The notes beneath the pieces were generated by a model. The model saw nothing but the letters and a program-made list of their open reading frames with translations, was not told where the DNA came from and ran no database searches. DNA of 64,000 nt from positions 384,001 through 448,000 of the forward strand of contig CAXXGJ010000006.1 in assembly GCA_963677895.2 (NCBI GenBank), read 5' to 3'. The stretch's first letter is position 1; every line of letters begins with the position of its first letter. Made by a program: the position numbers and the translations under genes. Positions 40,673 through 49,545 of the stretch are shown here, one piece after another. The DNA is from Treponemataceae bacterium. GTDB taxonomy: Bacteria; Spirochaetota; Spirochaetia; Treponematales; Rectinemataceae.

Positions 40673-41884
40673 ATGACACGGTTTACAAAAATCGGCGCGA
40701 TTCTGCTCATCGTCGCGCTCTCGCTCGCCGGCCAGGCGGCGTTCGCCCAGGCCAAGTATCATATCGGCGTATGCACCGAGACCGTCTCACAGGCCGAGGA
40801 CGACCTCCGCGGCGCGCAGCAGCTGATCAAGGAATATGGCGCGGTCTCCGACGGCGGCATCATCCAGCATATCACCTACCCCGATGATTTCATGTCCCAG
40901 CAGGAGACGGTCATCTCCAACCTCGTCGCCCTCGCCGATGACCCCCTCATGAAAGCCATCGTCACCTGCAACGCCCTTCCCGGCGTCTCCGAAGCCTACA
41001 AGCGCATCAGGGCGAAACGCCCGGACATCCTCCTTCTCGCCGCCCTGCCCGCCGAGGATCCCCTCGTCATCCAGCAGGCCGCCGACGTGGCCGTCGACCT
41101 CGACTTCGTGTCCCGCGGCTACACGATCGTCTGGGGCGCCAAGCAGATGGGCGCGAAGACCTTCGTGCACATTTCCTTCTCCCGCCATATGTCCTACGAA
41201 TCCCTGGGCCGCCGCAGGGCCATCATGGAACAGGCCTGCAAGGACCTCGGAATAAAGTACGCCTTCGAAACCGCCCCCGACCCGACCTCCGACGTCGGCA
41301 TTCCCGGCGCCCAGCAGTTCATCCTCGAGAAAGTTCCCCAGTGGCTCCAGAAGTACGGCCCCAACGGCGAGAAAGTGGCCATGTTCTGCACCAACGACGC
41401 GCAGACCGAACCGCTCATCAGGCAGCTCATCGCGTCCAAGAACGGCATCTTCGTCGAGCCCGACACCGCCTCTCCCCTCATGGGATTCCCCGGCGCGCTC
41501 GGCCTGGACCTGACCGCGGAAAAAGGCGATTTCCCCGCCATCATGAAGAAGATCGAGAAAGCCGTCGCCGACAAGGGCGCTTCCGGAAGAATGGGAACCT
41601 GGGCATACAGCACCGGTTTCTCCCTGACCGCCGGCATGGGCGAGCACGCCAAGCGCGTTCTCGACGGAAAGTCCAAGATCACCAGCATGAAGGACATCTA
41701 CGACGCCATCGGAAAGTACACGCCCGGAGCCAAATGGAACGGCGCTTTCTATACCGACATGAGCACCGGCGTCAGGGCCAAGAACGAGCTTCTCGTCTAC
41801 ATGGACACCTATGTGTTCGGCAAAGGCTATCTGGGTTCCACGGCGCAGAAGATCGCGGACAAATACTATCGGATAAAGAAATAG
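40673..41884 (+). CDS. DUF3798 periplasmic binding-protein-like protein
   Basis: Signal peptide; HIG..T.TVSQ.EDDLRGA, TFVHISF.RHMSY, APDPTSDVG..GAQQFILE, FCTNDA; AAGGAGG RBS. Confidence 0.85.
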   Translation: MTRFTKIGAILLIVALSLAGQAAFAQAKYHIGVCTETVSQAEDDLRGAQQLIKEYGAVSDGGIIQHITYPDDFMSQQETVISNLVALADDPLMKAIVTCNALPGVSEAYKRIRAKRPDILLLAALPAEDPLVIQQAADVAVDLDFVSRGYTIVWGAKQMGAKTFVHISFSRHMSYESLGRRRAIMEQACKDLGIKYAFETAPDPTSDVGIPGAQQFILEKVPQWLQKYGPNGEKVAMFCTNDAQTEPLIRQLIASKNGIFVEPDTASPLMGFPGALGLDLTAEKGDFPAIMKKIEKAVADKGASGRMGTWAYSTGFSLTAGMGEHAKRVLDGKSKITSMKDIYDAIGKYTPGAKWNGAFYTDMSTGVRAKNELLVYMDTYVFGKGYLGSTAQKIADKYYRIKK

Positions 41885-41921
41885 TCGCCGTCGCGATTGT
41901 TGGCCGATTTTCATGGCCATC

Positions 41922-41996
41922 CGGCCGCGATCCCGCGCGGATCCCAGGCTCCTTCCGGAGCTTCGGCTTCCGGCGGGATCGCGGCCGTTTTCTTTT
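41922..41996 (+). terminator. Intrinsic terminator/attenuator with branched loop
   Basis: Perfect 15-bp stem CGGCCGCGATCCCGC/GCGGGATCGCGGCCG, 36-nt loop with an inner TTCG hairpin, then TTTTCTTTT. Confidence 0.7.
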
Positions 41997-42070
41997 CCCT
42001 TGCGTCGCTTCGGTTTTGCTGGCACCATTGCATCCGACACCGAAGGACATTAACCTTGAGGAAGCTTAGT

Positions 42071-43594
42071 ATGGATAAAAACCATGGACAGAAACAGCCG
42101 CTAGCGGGAGCCGACGCGGGCGCAAACGCGGGCGCGGGAGCCGACGCTTTCGGCATGTTCGACGCGAGCGTTTATATCGACAGGCGGGAAGCCTTGCGGA
42201 CTTCGCTACTTTCGCGAGGCGTTTCCGAGGGCATTGTTCTCTTCCTGGGCAACCGCGAAAGCCCCATGAACTACGCCGACAACGCCTATCCTTTCCGTCA
42301 GGATTCCAGTTTCCTCTACTTTTTCGGCATAGCCCAACCCAGTCTCGCGGCGACCATCGACATCCAGACCGGCCGAACGACCGTTTATGGCGACGATGTT
42401 TCCATGGAGGACATCGTGTGGACGGGACAGGTGCCCGCGGTCGCGGAATTGGCCGCGCGCTCCGGCGTGCGGAATATTGCCCCTCGGGCGGCGCTGGCCG
42501 GAGCCGCGGCCCGCGCGGGCTCCGGTTCCGGTTCGCTATCCGGCTCCGGCGCGGGCCAAGGTCCCGGAGCCGCGAAGCTGCTCTTCCTTCCGCCCTACCG
42601 CGCCGACAGCCGCGCCGAACTCGCCGAGCTTCTCGGGATTTCCCTCCACGAAGTGGATTCCAGGGCATCGCTGCCGCTCATCGTGAGCGCCATAGCCCTG
42701 CGCGAGATAAAACAGGCTCCCGAGATCGTCGAGATTGAACACGCCGTGGCGGTATCGGTGGAAATGCACCGCAGCATCATCGAATGCGCCAAACCGGGCC
42801 TGCGCGAGGCGGAATTAGCCGCCCTGGCTTCGGGGATCGCCCTCGGAAGCGGAGGCAGGCTGGCCTTTCCCACCATCGCGACGACGCGGGGAGCCGTGCT
42901 GCACAATCACGATTACTCGCGCGTCCTCCATGAGGGAGGGCTTTTTCTCGTGGACGCCGGCGCCGAGACCGTCTCGGGATACGCGGGAGACTTGAGTTCG
43001 ACCTTCCCGATCTCGCCGCGCTTTTCGGAGAGGCAGCGCGCGATCTACGAAATCGTCCTCGCCGCGCAGGAAAAGGCCATTTCCCTTCTGAAGCCTGGAA
43101 GGCCTTTCATCGACGCGCATTTCGCGGCGGCGCGTGTCATCGTCGAGGGCCTGAGCGGTCTCGGCCTGATGCGGGGAGATCCCGACGAAGCCGTTCGGCA
43201 GGGCGCGCACGCGATGTTCTTCCCCTGCGGCGTCGGCCACCAGATGGGTCTCGATGTCCACGATATGGAGAATTACGGTGAAGTATGGGTCGGCTACGAT
43301 GGCGCGCCCAAGAGCAAACAGTTTGGCCTCGCTTCCTTAAGGCTCGCGAAACCTCTGCGCGCCGGCATGGTGCACACGGTCGAGCCCGGCATCTATTTCA
43401 TCCCCGAGCTGATCGCCCGATGGAAGGCTGAAAGGAAACTCGAGCGTTTCATCGCCTACGATCGCCTGGACGAGTGGCTCGATTTCGGCGGCATGCGCAA
43501 CGAAGAGGACTGGCTCATCACCGAAGGCGGGGCGAGGCGATTGGGTCCCGAATTCGACAAAAGCGCGGAGGGAATGGAAGCGAGTCGCGGCTAA
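42071..43594 (+). CDS. pepP: Xaa-Pro aminopeptidase (M24B, PepP-like)
   Basis: FRQDSSF.YF.G, LHN, DAGAE..GYAGD, GH.MGLDVHD, TVEPGIY, RNEED. Start could be 42155. Confidence 0.9.
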   Translation: MDKNHGQKQPLAGADAGANAGAGADAFGMFDASVYIDRREALRTSLLSRGVSEGIVLFLGNRESPMNYADNAYPFRQDSSFLYFFGIAQPSLAATIDIQTGRTTVYGDDVSMEDIVWTGQVPAVAELAARSGVRNIAPRAALAGAAARAGSGSGSLSGSGAGQGPGAAKLLFLPPYRADSRAELAELLGISLHEVDSRASLPLIVSAIALREIKQAPEIVEIEHAVAVSVEMHRSIIECAKPGLREAELAALASGIALGSGGRLAFPTIATTRGAVLHNHDYSRVLHEGGLFLVDAGAETVSGYAGDLSSTFPISPRFSERQRAIYEIVLAAQEKAISLLKPGRPFIDAHFAAARVIVEGLSGLGLMRGDPDEAVRQGAHAMFFPCGVGHQMGLDVHDMENYGEVWVGYDGAPKSKQFGLASLRLAKPLRAGMVHTVEPGIYFIPELIARWKAERKLERFIAYDRLDEWLDFGGMRNEEDWLITEGGARRLGPEFDKSAEGMEASRG

Positions 43595-43674
43595 GGTAGA
43601 CTTTACTTATTCAATGGAGCCGCGAAGACCTCTTGTCAAGCGTAAAATTATGGTCTAGAGTGATGAAAGATATT

Positions 43675-43686
43675 CTGATATATCAG
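43675..43686. promoter_or_regulatory. GntR-type operator
   Basis: Perfect palindrome CTGATATATCAG 14 bp upstream of the GntR ATG; 11/12 identical to the site at 40643. Confidence 0.75.
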
Positions 43687-43700
43687 TTTGGGAGCGAGGG

Positions 43701-44393
43701 ATGAAAACATCCAATCAGCCGCGATACATGTCGCTTCGCGGTCAGGTTTACGATTACCTTCACGACGAACTCATGAAAGGTACGCTGAAGGCCAGTCAAC
43801 GAGTCAATCTGGACGCTTTGGCCGACAGCATCGGCGTGAGCCGAACCCCTCTGCGCGAAGCCTTGATCATCCTGGACGCCGAAGGCTTCGTCACGATTCT
43901 TCCGCGCAGCGGAATCCTCATCAACACCCTCACGCTCGAGGATATCCGGAATCTCTATGAGATTATCGGCGCCCTCGAAGGCGCCGTTCTTTTCGCGGCC
44001 AAGGGCGCCATGAAGACCCCAGCCATCGATCGAATGGCCATACTCAACGGCGATATGTCGCTCGCCCTCGATACCGAAGACTTCGACGGTTTTTATCGCC
44101 TCAACCTCGAATTTCATGGGGTATTCCTGTCATTTTCCAAGAATCCCGCGCTTTTGCGCAGCATCGATCTCGCCAAGCGGCGTCTCTACGATTTTCCGAA
44201 GAAGAAGGGTCTCCTGACCGAATGGGAGAGGGCTTCAATCCTGGAACACGCCCGGATCGTGGATTTTCTGAAAATGGGGGACTTTCGCGCCGCGGCCGAG
44301 TATGTCCGCGACATACATTGGTCCTTCGAGGTCCAGGAGCATTTTATCCAACGATACTACGAGCTCCCCGGCCAGTTGCCTCGAGCCCAGTAA
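43701..44393 (+). CDS. GntR-family transcriptional regulator (FCD)
   Basis: GVSRTPLREAL..L.AEG, N..FH, EH..I. Confidence 0.93.
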   Translation: MKTSNQPRYMSLRGQVYDYLHDELMKGTLKASQRVNLDALADSIGVSRTPLREALIILDAEGFVTILPRSGILINTLTLEDIRNLYEIIGALEGAVLFAAKGAMKTPAIDRMAILNGDMSLALDTEDFDGFYRLNLEFHGVFLSFSKNPALLRSIDLAKRRLYDFPKKKGLLTEWERASILEHARIVDFLKMGDFRAAAEYVRDIHWSFEVQEHFIQRYYELPGQLPRAQ

Positions 44394-44403
44394 GGGAGCC
44401 TTC

Positions 44404-45363
44404 GTGTATATCCAGGGAACAGTCTTCAATGTCGCCCGCTTCTCCCTCCACGACGGGCCGGGTATACGCACGGTCGTATTCCTGAAAGGCTGTCCCCTGT
44501 CCTGCGCCTGGTGCCACAATCCCGAGGGAATGAGCGCGAGACCTGAGGTTTTCTTTCGCCCCGACAAATGCGTGGCCTGCGGACGCTGCGCGGCGGTTTG
44601 CCCGAGACTGGCGGCGGCAACGGCAGCGCCTGCCGCGACTGCTGCCGCTGCCGCTGCCGCTGCCAAGACGGCTCCCTTCCCCGACGAAGCCTGCCCCCCT
44701 GGCTGCCAGGTCTGCGCCGGCGCCTGCCTCGTGGGCGCGCGGGAGGCGGTGGGGACCATCTGGGATCTGCCGAAGCTTCTGGACCTGGTCCTGGCCGACC
44801 GCGCCTTCTATGAATCCTCCGGCGGCGGTGTGACGCTCTCGGGCGGCGAGCCTCTGACGCAGTCCCGCTTCGCCACGGCCTTTCTGGAAACCTGTGGCCG
44901 GGCCGGCCTTCACCGAGCCGTCGAAACCTCGGGTTTCGCCCCAGAGCGGGTCTTTCTCGATCTGGCTGAGCAGGCCGATCTTCTTCTCTACGACATAAAA
45001 CTGATGGATCCCGACGCGCACAAGGCATGGACCGGCGTCGACAACGCCCTGATATTGAACAACCTGAGGGCCGCCACCCAAGTGGCCGCCACAAAGGTAG
45101 CCGGCAAGGAGATTCGCATCCGCCGGCCCATGATCCCCGGCGTCAACGACGGCGTGGATGAAATGCGCGCCCTGGCCGCTCTCGCCCTCGAACTCAGGTT
45201 GGGCGTCGACTTGCTTCCCTATCACGCCGACGCCGAAGACAAGTACCTGAAGCGGCGAAAACCGTACCGGCTCGCGGGAATGGCGGCGCCCGAAGCCTCT
45301 AGCGTCGCTGAATGCGCGAAAATTTTGTCCGGCCTGGGCGTCCAGGCGCGGATTGGAGGATGA
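44404..45363 (+). CDS. Glycyl-radical enzyme activating enzyme (radical SAM with ferredoxin insert)
   Basis: HDGPGIRTVVFLKGCPLSCAWCHNPE, CVACGRCAAVCP, GGVTLSGGEP; GTG start. Confidence 0.95.
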   Translation: MYIQGTVFNVARFSLHDGPGIRTVVFLKGCPLSCAWCHNPEGMSARPEVFFRPDKCVACGRCAAVCPRLAAATAAPAATAAAAAAAAKTAPFPDEACPPGCQVCAGACLVGAREAVGTIWDLPKLLDLVLADRAFYESSGGGVTLSGGEPLTQSRFATAFLETCGRAGLHRAVETSGFAPERVFLDLAEQADLLLYDIKLMDPDAHKAWTGVDNALILNNLRAATQVAATKVAGKEIRIRRPMIPGVNDGVDEMRALAALALELRLGVDLLPYHADAEDKYLKRRKPYRLAGMAAPEASSVAECAKILSGLGVQARIGG

Positions 45364-45364
45364 G

Positions 45365-47785
45365 ATGAACGAGCGGATTGCGCGGCTGAGGAAGCGAAGC
45401 TTCGATGCGAAACCCCGGATTTCCATCGAAAGGGCCTTGATCCTCACCGCCTTCTATAAGGAAAACGCCGGCAAGTTCTCGGCTCCCCTGCTGCGCGCCA
45501 TGGCTTTCCGCGAGCTCTGCGAAAAGAAAACCATCTATATCGGCGCCGACGAACTCATCGTGGGCGAGCGCGGTCCAGAGCCCAAGGCCGTATCGACCTT
45601 TCCCGAACTCACCTGCCACTCCAGCGAGGACCTTCGGATCCTCAATTCCAGGCCGATGACGAGCTATTCGATAGGGGAAGCCGAGATCGAAACCTACGCC
45701 CGCGAGGTGGAGCCGTACTGGCGGGGCCGCTGCGTGCGCGACCGCGCCTTCGCCGACATGCCCGCCGAATGGAGGGGGCTCTACGAAGCCGGCGTATTCA
45801 CCGAGTTCATGGAGCAGCGGGCGGCGGGACACACCGCCTTGGACGGCGCCATCTACGCCAAAGGTCTGGACGACTATCGCGCCGAGATAGCCGAGGCGCG
45901 GGCCGCCATCGACTGGAGCGGCGATCCGGAAGCTTACGACAAGAACGAGGAGCTCACCGCCATGGATATCGCCTGCCAAGCGGCGATCATCTTCGCGCGC
46001 AGGCACGCCAGGCTCGCCGAATCCATGGCCGCGGCCGAAACCGATCCAGCCCGCCGCAAGGAGCTGCTAGCCATCGCGGCTATCTGCAACAGGATACCGG
46101 CCAAGGCACCCGAAACCTTCCATGAAGCGGTGCAGACCTACTGGTTCACCCATCTCGGCACCATCACCGAACTCAACGGCTGGGACTCGATGAGCCCCGG
46201 CCACTTCGACCGCCATCTCGAGCCTTTCTACCGGCGAGATCTGGCCGCCGGCAGGATCGACGCCGAAAGGGCGAAGGAGATCCTCGCCTGCTTCTGCGTC
46301 AAGGTGAACAATACGCCCGCCCCGCCCAAGGTGGGCGTGACGGCGGCCGAGAGCGGCACCTACAACGACTTCACGCAGATCAGCCTGGGTGGCGTGGACC
46401 GCGACGGCGAAGACGCTTCCGGCGCCGTGTCGGCGCTGCTCCTCCAGAGCCTCGACGAACTCCACCTCCTCCAGCCCCAGCCTTCCGTCCACGTGTCGAC
46501 GAAGACGGCCCAGCCCTTCCTGAAGTTAGCCGCCGAGGTGGCGCGGAAGGGGGCCGGCTACCCCAGCTTCTTCAACGCCGACCTCATCGTCCGCGAACAG
46601 CTGCGCGCAGGAAAATCCCTCGAGGACGCCCGGGAGGGCGGCACCTCGGGCTGCGTCGAGACGGGCTGTTTCGGCAAGGAAGCCTACATCCTCCACGGCT
46701 ACCTCAACGTGCCCAAGATCCTCGAACTGGCGATGAACGACGGCGTCGATCCCTTGAGCGAAAAGCGCGTCGGGCCGGCCACCGGCCGCGCCGAATCCTT
46801 CGGCGATTTCGAGGCCCTCTACGCCGCCTTCGAGACCCAGCTGCGCTACGCTGTGGACTGGAAGATCCGCGTGGACAACAAGCTCGCCCGGATCTACGCC
46901 GAGAACGTGCCCGCGCCCTATCTCTCCGTCCTTATCGCCGACTGTGTCAGGAACGGCCGCGACTACTACTCGGGCGGCGCGCGCTACAACACGGACTATA
47001 TCCAGTGCTGCGGTATCGGAACGATCGCGGACAGCCTCTCGGCGATCAGGATGATGGTGTATCGTGATCCCTCGCACCGCGAGGGATCACGCGGCGAGGG
47101 CGCGCCTGATATAGGAGCGCGCGGCAAAGGAAGCATCTCCATGAAGGAGCTGATGGCCGCCCTCGCCGCCGACTGGCAGGGCTATGAAGCGCTGCGCGAG
47201 ACGATATGGAACAGCGTTCCTTTTTATGGAAACGACGACGACAGGGCTGACGATCTGATGAGGCGCGTATTCGCCTCGGAGCTGGCGGCGATCGAGGGCA
47301 AGTCGAGCACGCGCGGCCCCACCTATCGCGTGAACATGCTCTCCACCACCTGCCATATCTACTTCGGGACCAAGCTGGGAGCCACGCCCAACGGCCGCCG
47401 CGCCCATACGCCTGAATCAGACGGCTCATCTCCCTCGCAGGGGGCGGACAGGAAGGGTCCCACGGCGGTGATGAAATCGGTGGCCAAGATGGATCAGGTG
47501 AGGACGAGCGGAACCCTTCTGAACCAGCGTTTCCTGCCCTCGACGCTTGCCGGTAATCGCGGCGTCGACGCCCTGGCGGGCCTCGTGCGGGGCTACTTCG
47601 CCCTCGACGGCCACCACGTGCAGTTCAATGTCGTCGACACGGCCACACTCAGGAAGGCGCAGGCTCACCCGGGTGAGTATCGCAACCTTCTCGTGCGCGT
47701 GGCCGGCTACAGCGACTATTTCGTCGATCTCGACCTGCGCCACCAGGAGGAGATCATCGCGCGCACGGCGCAGGAAGGGATCTGA
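45365..47785 (+). CDS. hypD: Glycyl radical enzyme, trans-4-hydroxy-L-proline dehydratase
   Basis: VRVAGYS Gly loop, SGCVE Cys loop, plus HypD-type motifs FTEFMEQRA.GHT, ELN.WD, PAPPKVG.T..ES.TY.DF, TGCFGKEAY.L.GY, ML.TTCHIYFG (compared from memory with C. difficile HypD). Confidence 0.9.
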   Translation: MNERIARLRKRSFDAKPRISIERALILTAFYKENAGKFSAPLLRAMAFRELCEKKTIYIGADELIVGERGPEPKAVSTFPELTCHSSEDLRILNSRPMTSYSIGEAEIETYAREVEPYWRGRCVRDRAFADMPAEWRGLYEAGVFTEFMEQRAAGHTALDGAIYAKGLDDYRAEIAEARAAIDWSGDPEAYDKNEELTAMDIACQAAIIFARRHARLAESMAAAETDPARRKELLAIAAICNRIPAKAPETFHEAVQTYWFTHLGTITELNGWDSMSPGHFDRHLEPFYRRDLAAGRIDAERAKEILACFCVKVNNTPAPPKVGVTAAESGTYNDFTQISLGGVDRDGEDASGAVSALLLQSLDELHLLQPQPSVHVSTKTAQPFLKLAAEVARKGAGYPSFFNADLIVREQLRAGKSLEDAREGGTSGCVETGCFGKEAYILHGYLNVPKILELAMNDGVDPLSEKRVGPATGRAESFGDFEALYAAFETQLRYAVDWKIRVDNKLARIYAENVPAPYLSVLIADCVRNGRDYYSGGARYNTDYIQCCGIGTIADSLSAIRMMVYRDPSHREGSRGEGAPDIGARGKGSISMKELMAALAADWQGYEALRETIWNSVPFYGNDDDRADDLMRRVFASELAAIEGKSSTRGPTYRVNMLSTTCHIYFGTKLGATPNGRRAHTPESDGSSPSQGADRKGPTAVMKSVAKMDQVRTSGTLLNQRFLPSTLAGNRGVDALAGLVRGYFALDGHHVQFNVVDTATLRKAQAHPGEYRNLLVRVAGYSDYFVDLDLRHQEEIIARTAQEGI

Positions 47786-47851
47786 ACATCGGGGAAAGAC
47801 TAGCCTTTTTGGATGCCTCCGAAATATAGCGATTCCGGAACTTCTCCAAGG

Positions 47852-48562
47852 TCAGGGTTTTTGGCCGTAATAGGCGCCCGCGCCGTGTTTGCGCCGCCAG
47901 TGCTTTTCAATGATATAGTCAGGCAGTTCTCCCTGCGCGGGGTTGATGACGCGCGTGTAGAGCGCCATCCTGCAGAGCTCCTCGAGGATGACCGCGTTGT
48001 GGAGCGCCTTGTCAGCCGAATCCCCCCAGGTGAAAGGACCATGTCCCGCCACGAGAATCATCGCCGTTTCCGCGGGATCTAGCCTAAGTTCGGCCATCGT
48101 CGTCACGATCAGCTTCCCCGTTTCCAGCTCATAGTCGCCTCGCACCGCTTGCCTGGAAAGATAGGCCGTGCAGGGAATCCGCGACGTCGTCTGGTCGGCG
48201 TGGGTCGTTCCCAAGAGAGGTAGGGGCGAGCAAGCCTGGGCCCAGCCCGTGGCATAGGGGGAGTGCGTGTGTACGACGCCTTTCAGCGCGGGCCAGGCGC
48301 GATAGAGGGCCGCGTGCGTCGCGGTGTCCGACGAAGGACGCATCTCCCCTTCCACTACCTTGCCCTCAAAATCGACGATCACCATCGACGCAGCGCTGAG
48401 CGCTTCGTAGGCTACCCCCGAGGGTTTTATGGCGAATACGCCAGCGTCTGGATCGGCCGCCGAAGCGTTGCCCCAGGTCAGGATGGCGAGACCGCGTTCC
48501 GAAATCCCCATATTGGCTTTATAGGCTTCCTCGGCGAGGCCGGCATACTTCGATTTTGGCAT
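47852..48562 (-). CDS. araD: L-ribulose-5-phosphate 4-epimerase
   Basis: TWGNAS, IKPSGV.Y, PSSDT.TH, HTHS, GTTHAD, HGPFTWG, RKHG..AYYGQ. Confidence 0.95.
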   Translation of the reverse strand: MPKSKYAGLAEEAYKANMGISERGLAILTWGNASAADPDAGVFAIKPSGVAYEALSAASMVIVDFEGKVVEGEMRPSSDTATHAALYRAWPALKGVVHTHSPYATGWAQACSPLPLLGTTHADQTTSRIPCTAYLSRQAVRGDYELETGKLIVTTMAELRLDPAETAMILVAGHGPFTWGDSADKALHNAVILEELCRMALYTRVINPAQGELPDYIIEKHWRRKHGAGAYYGQKP

Positions 48563-48593
48563 GACATTCCTTTGTATTAGGGCAAAATTTGAC

Positions 48594-48640
48594 GCGTGAA
48601 CGTTCACATCGATTGTAAATGGCGCCTTTTCGGCTGTCAA
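48594..48640 (-). promoter_or_regulatory. araD promoter with LacI-type operator
   Basis: Minus strand TTGACA-N17-TACAAT; palindrome GCGTGAACGTTCACAT at 48594-48609. Confidence 0.8.
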
Positions 48641-48716
48641 CGAGTCGCTGGAAACATGAAAATCCCATCCAATACTTTACTACTCAAGTAACAAATGTAA
48701 TTTGTTTAAAATTTAT

Positions 48717-48771
48717 TTGACAAAAAGTGAAAGGCCTGCTAGCATTGTTTTTGTAGCGTGTACGTTAACGC
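48717..48771 (+). promoter_or_regulatory. Transporter operon promoter with LacI-type operator
   Basis: TTGACA-N17-TAGCAT; GCGTGTACGTTAACGC at 48756-48771. Confidence 0.8.
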
Positions 48772-48822
48772 ATCTATTGTCATACCGAATTTTCTGCCAC
48801 TTTCGAGCACAGGAGCGTGGAA

Positions 48823-49467
48823 ATGAAGCATTCACGGACAATGGCGATGGTCCTGTTCGCTTTTCTGATCATGTCGCCAGGTTTGTCCTTCGCCGCGGAC
48901 GCGAAAGTCGCCTCCTTAACCTGCGTCGGCATCTACTCCGAAACGAGCGCCGGCTATATAAGCTATCGGAACGCCGGCAAAGGCGAATGGATCGTCGTCA
49001 AGGTCGGCGACCTGATCCCGACGAGCGCCGAGATCCGCGTCAACGTCGACAGGGACTGGATAGAACTGATCCAGGCGGCCAAGCCCAATGAAGTCTACGA
49101 GTTCACCGGCAGCGAGAAGGGCGAGGTAATCGCGAAGGTCGCCGACATCATCAAGGCCAAGCCGCGCGCCGTCAGCTTCCCCAAGGGAACGGCTGCCAAA
49201 CCCGACGCCGCCTTCAAGGACAAGCTCGTCGTCACCCAATACCTGGGAAGGCAGGTGTACAGGGCGGCCAGCGGGGAATCCAAGGACATAAAGTACGGCG
49301 ACGTCCTCGACATAAAGGGCAAGGTGAAAATCATCGCCATCAACAACACCCTCACCCTCATGAACGCGTCCGGCGCCGTGACCACGGTCATCGGCCCGCT
49401 CAATTTCAACGTGGAACAAGTTCTCAACAATAAAAGTCTCTACAAGTATCTGAATGTCCAGAAATAG
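48823..49467 (+). CDS. Secreted hypothetical protein with two internal repeats
   Basis: Signal peptide (SFA-AD), AGGAG RBS, host-like codon use; no family recognised with confidence. Confidence 0.8.
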   Translation: MKHSRTMAMVLFAFLIMSPGLSFAADAKVASLTCVGIYSETSAGYISYRNAGKGEWIVVKVGDLIPTSAEIRVNVDRDWIELIQAAKPNEVYEFTGSEKGEVIAKVADIIKAKPRAVSFPKGTAAKPDAAFKDKLVVTQYLGRQVYRAASGESKDIKYGDVLDIKGKVKIIAINNTLTLMNASGAVTTVIGPLNFNVEQVLNNKSLYKYLNVQK

Positions 49468-49545
49468 GCGAAAGGAGGAGGCGACCCGGAGAAGGGGAAG
49501 GCGCATGACGTCATTGCGACGAAATTCAATACATGGAGGGTTTCA

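Noticed and set aside
45365..47785. Pyruvate formate-lyase or choline TMA-lyase
   Set aside because: The Cys loop is SGCVE rather than PFL's adjacent Cys-Cys, and the surrounding motifs match HypD; no microcompartment genes.
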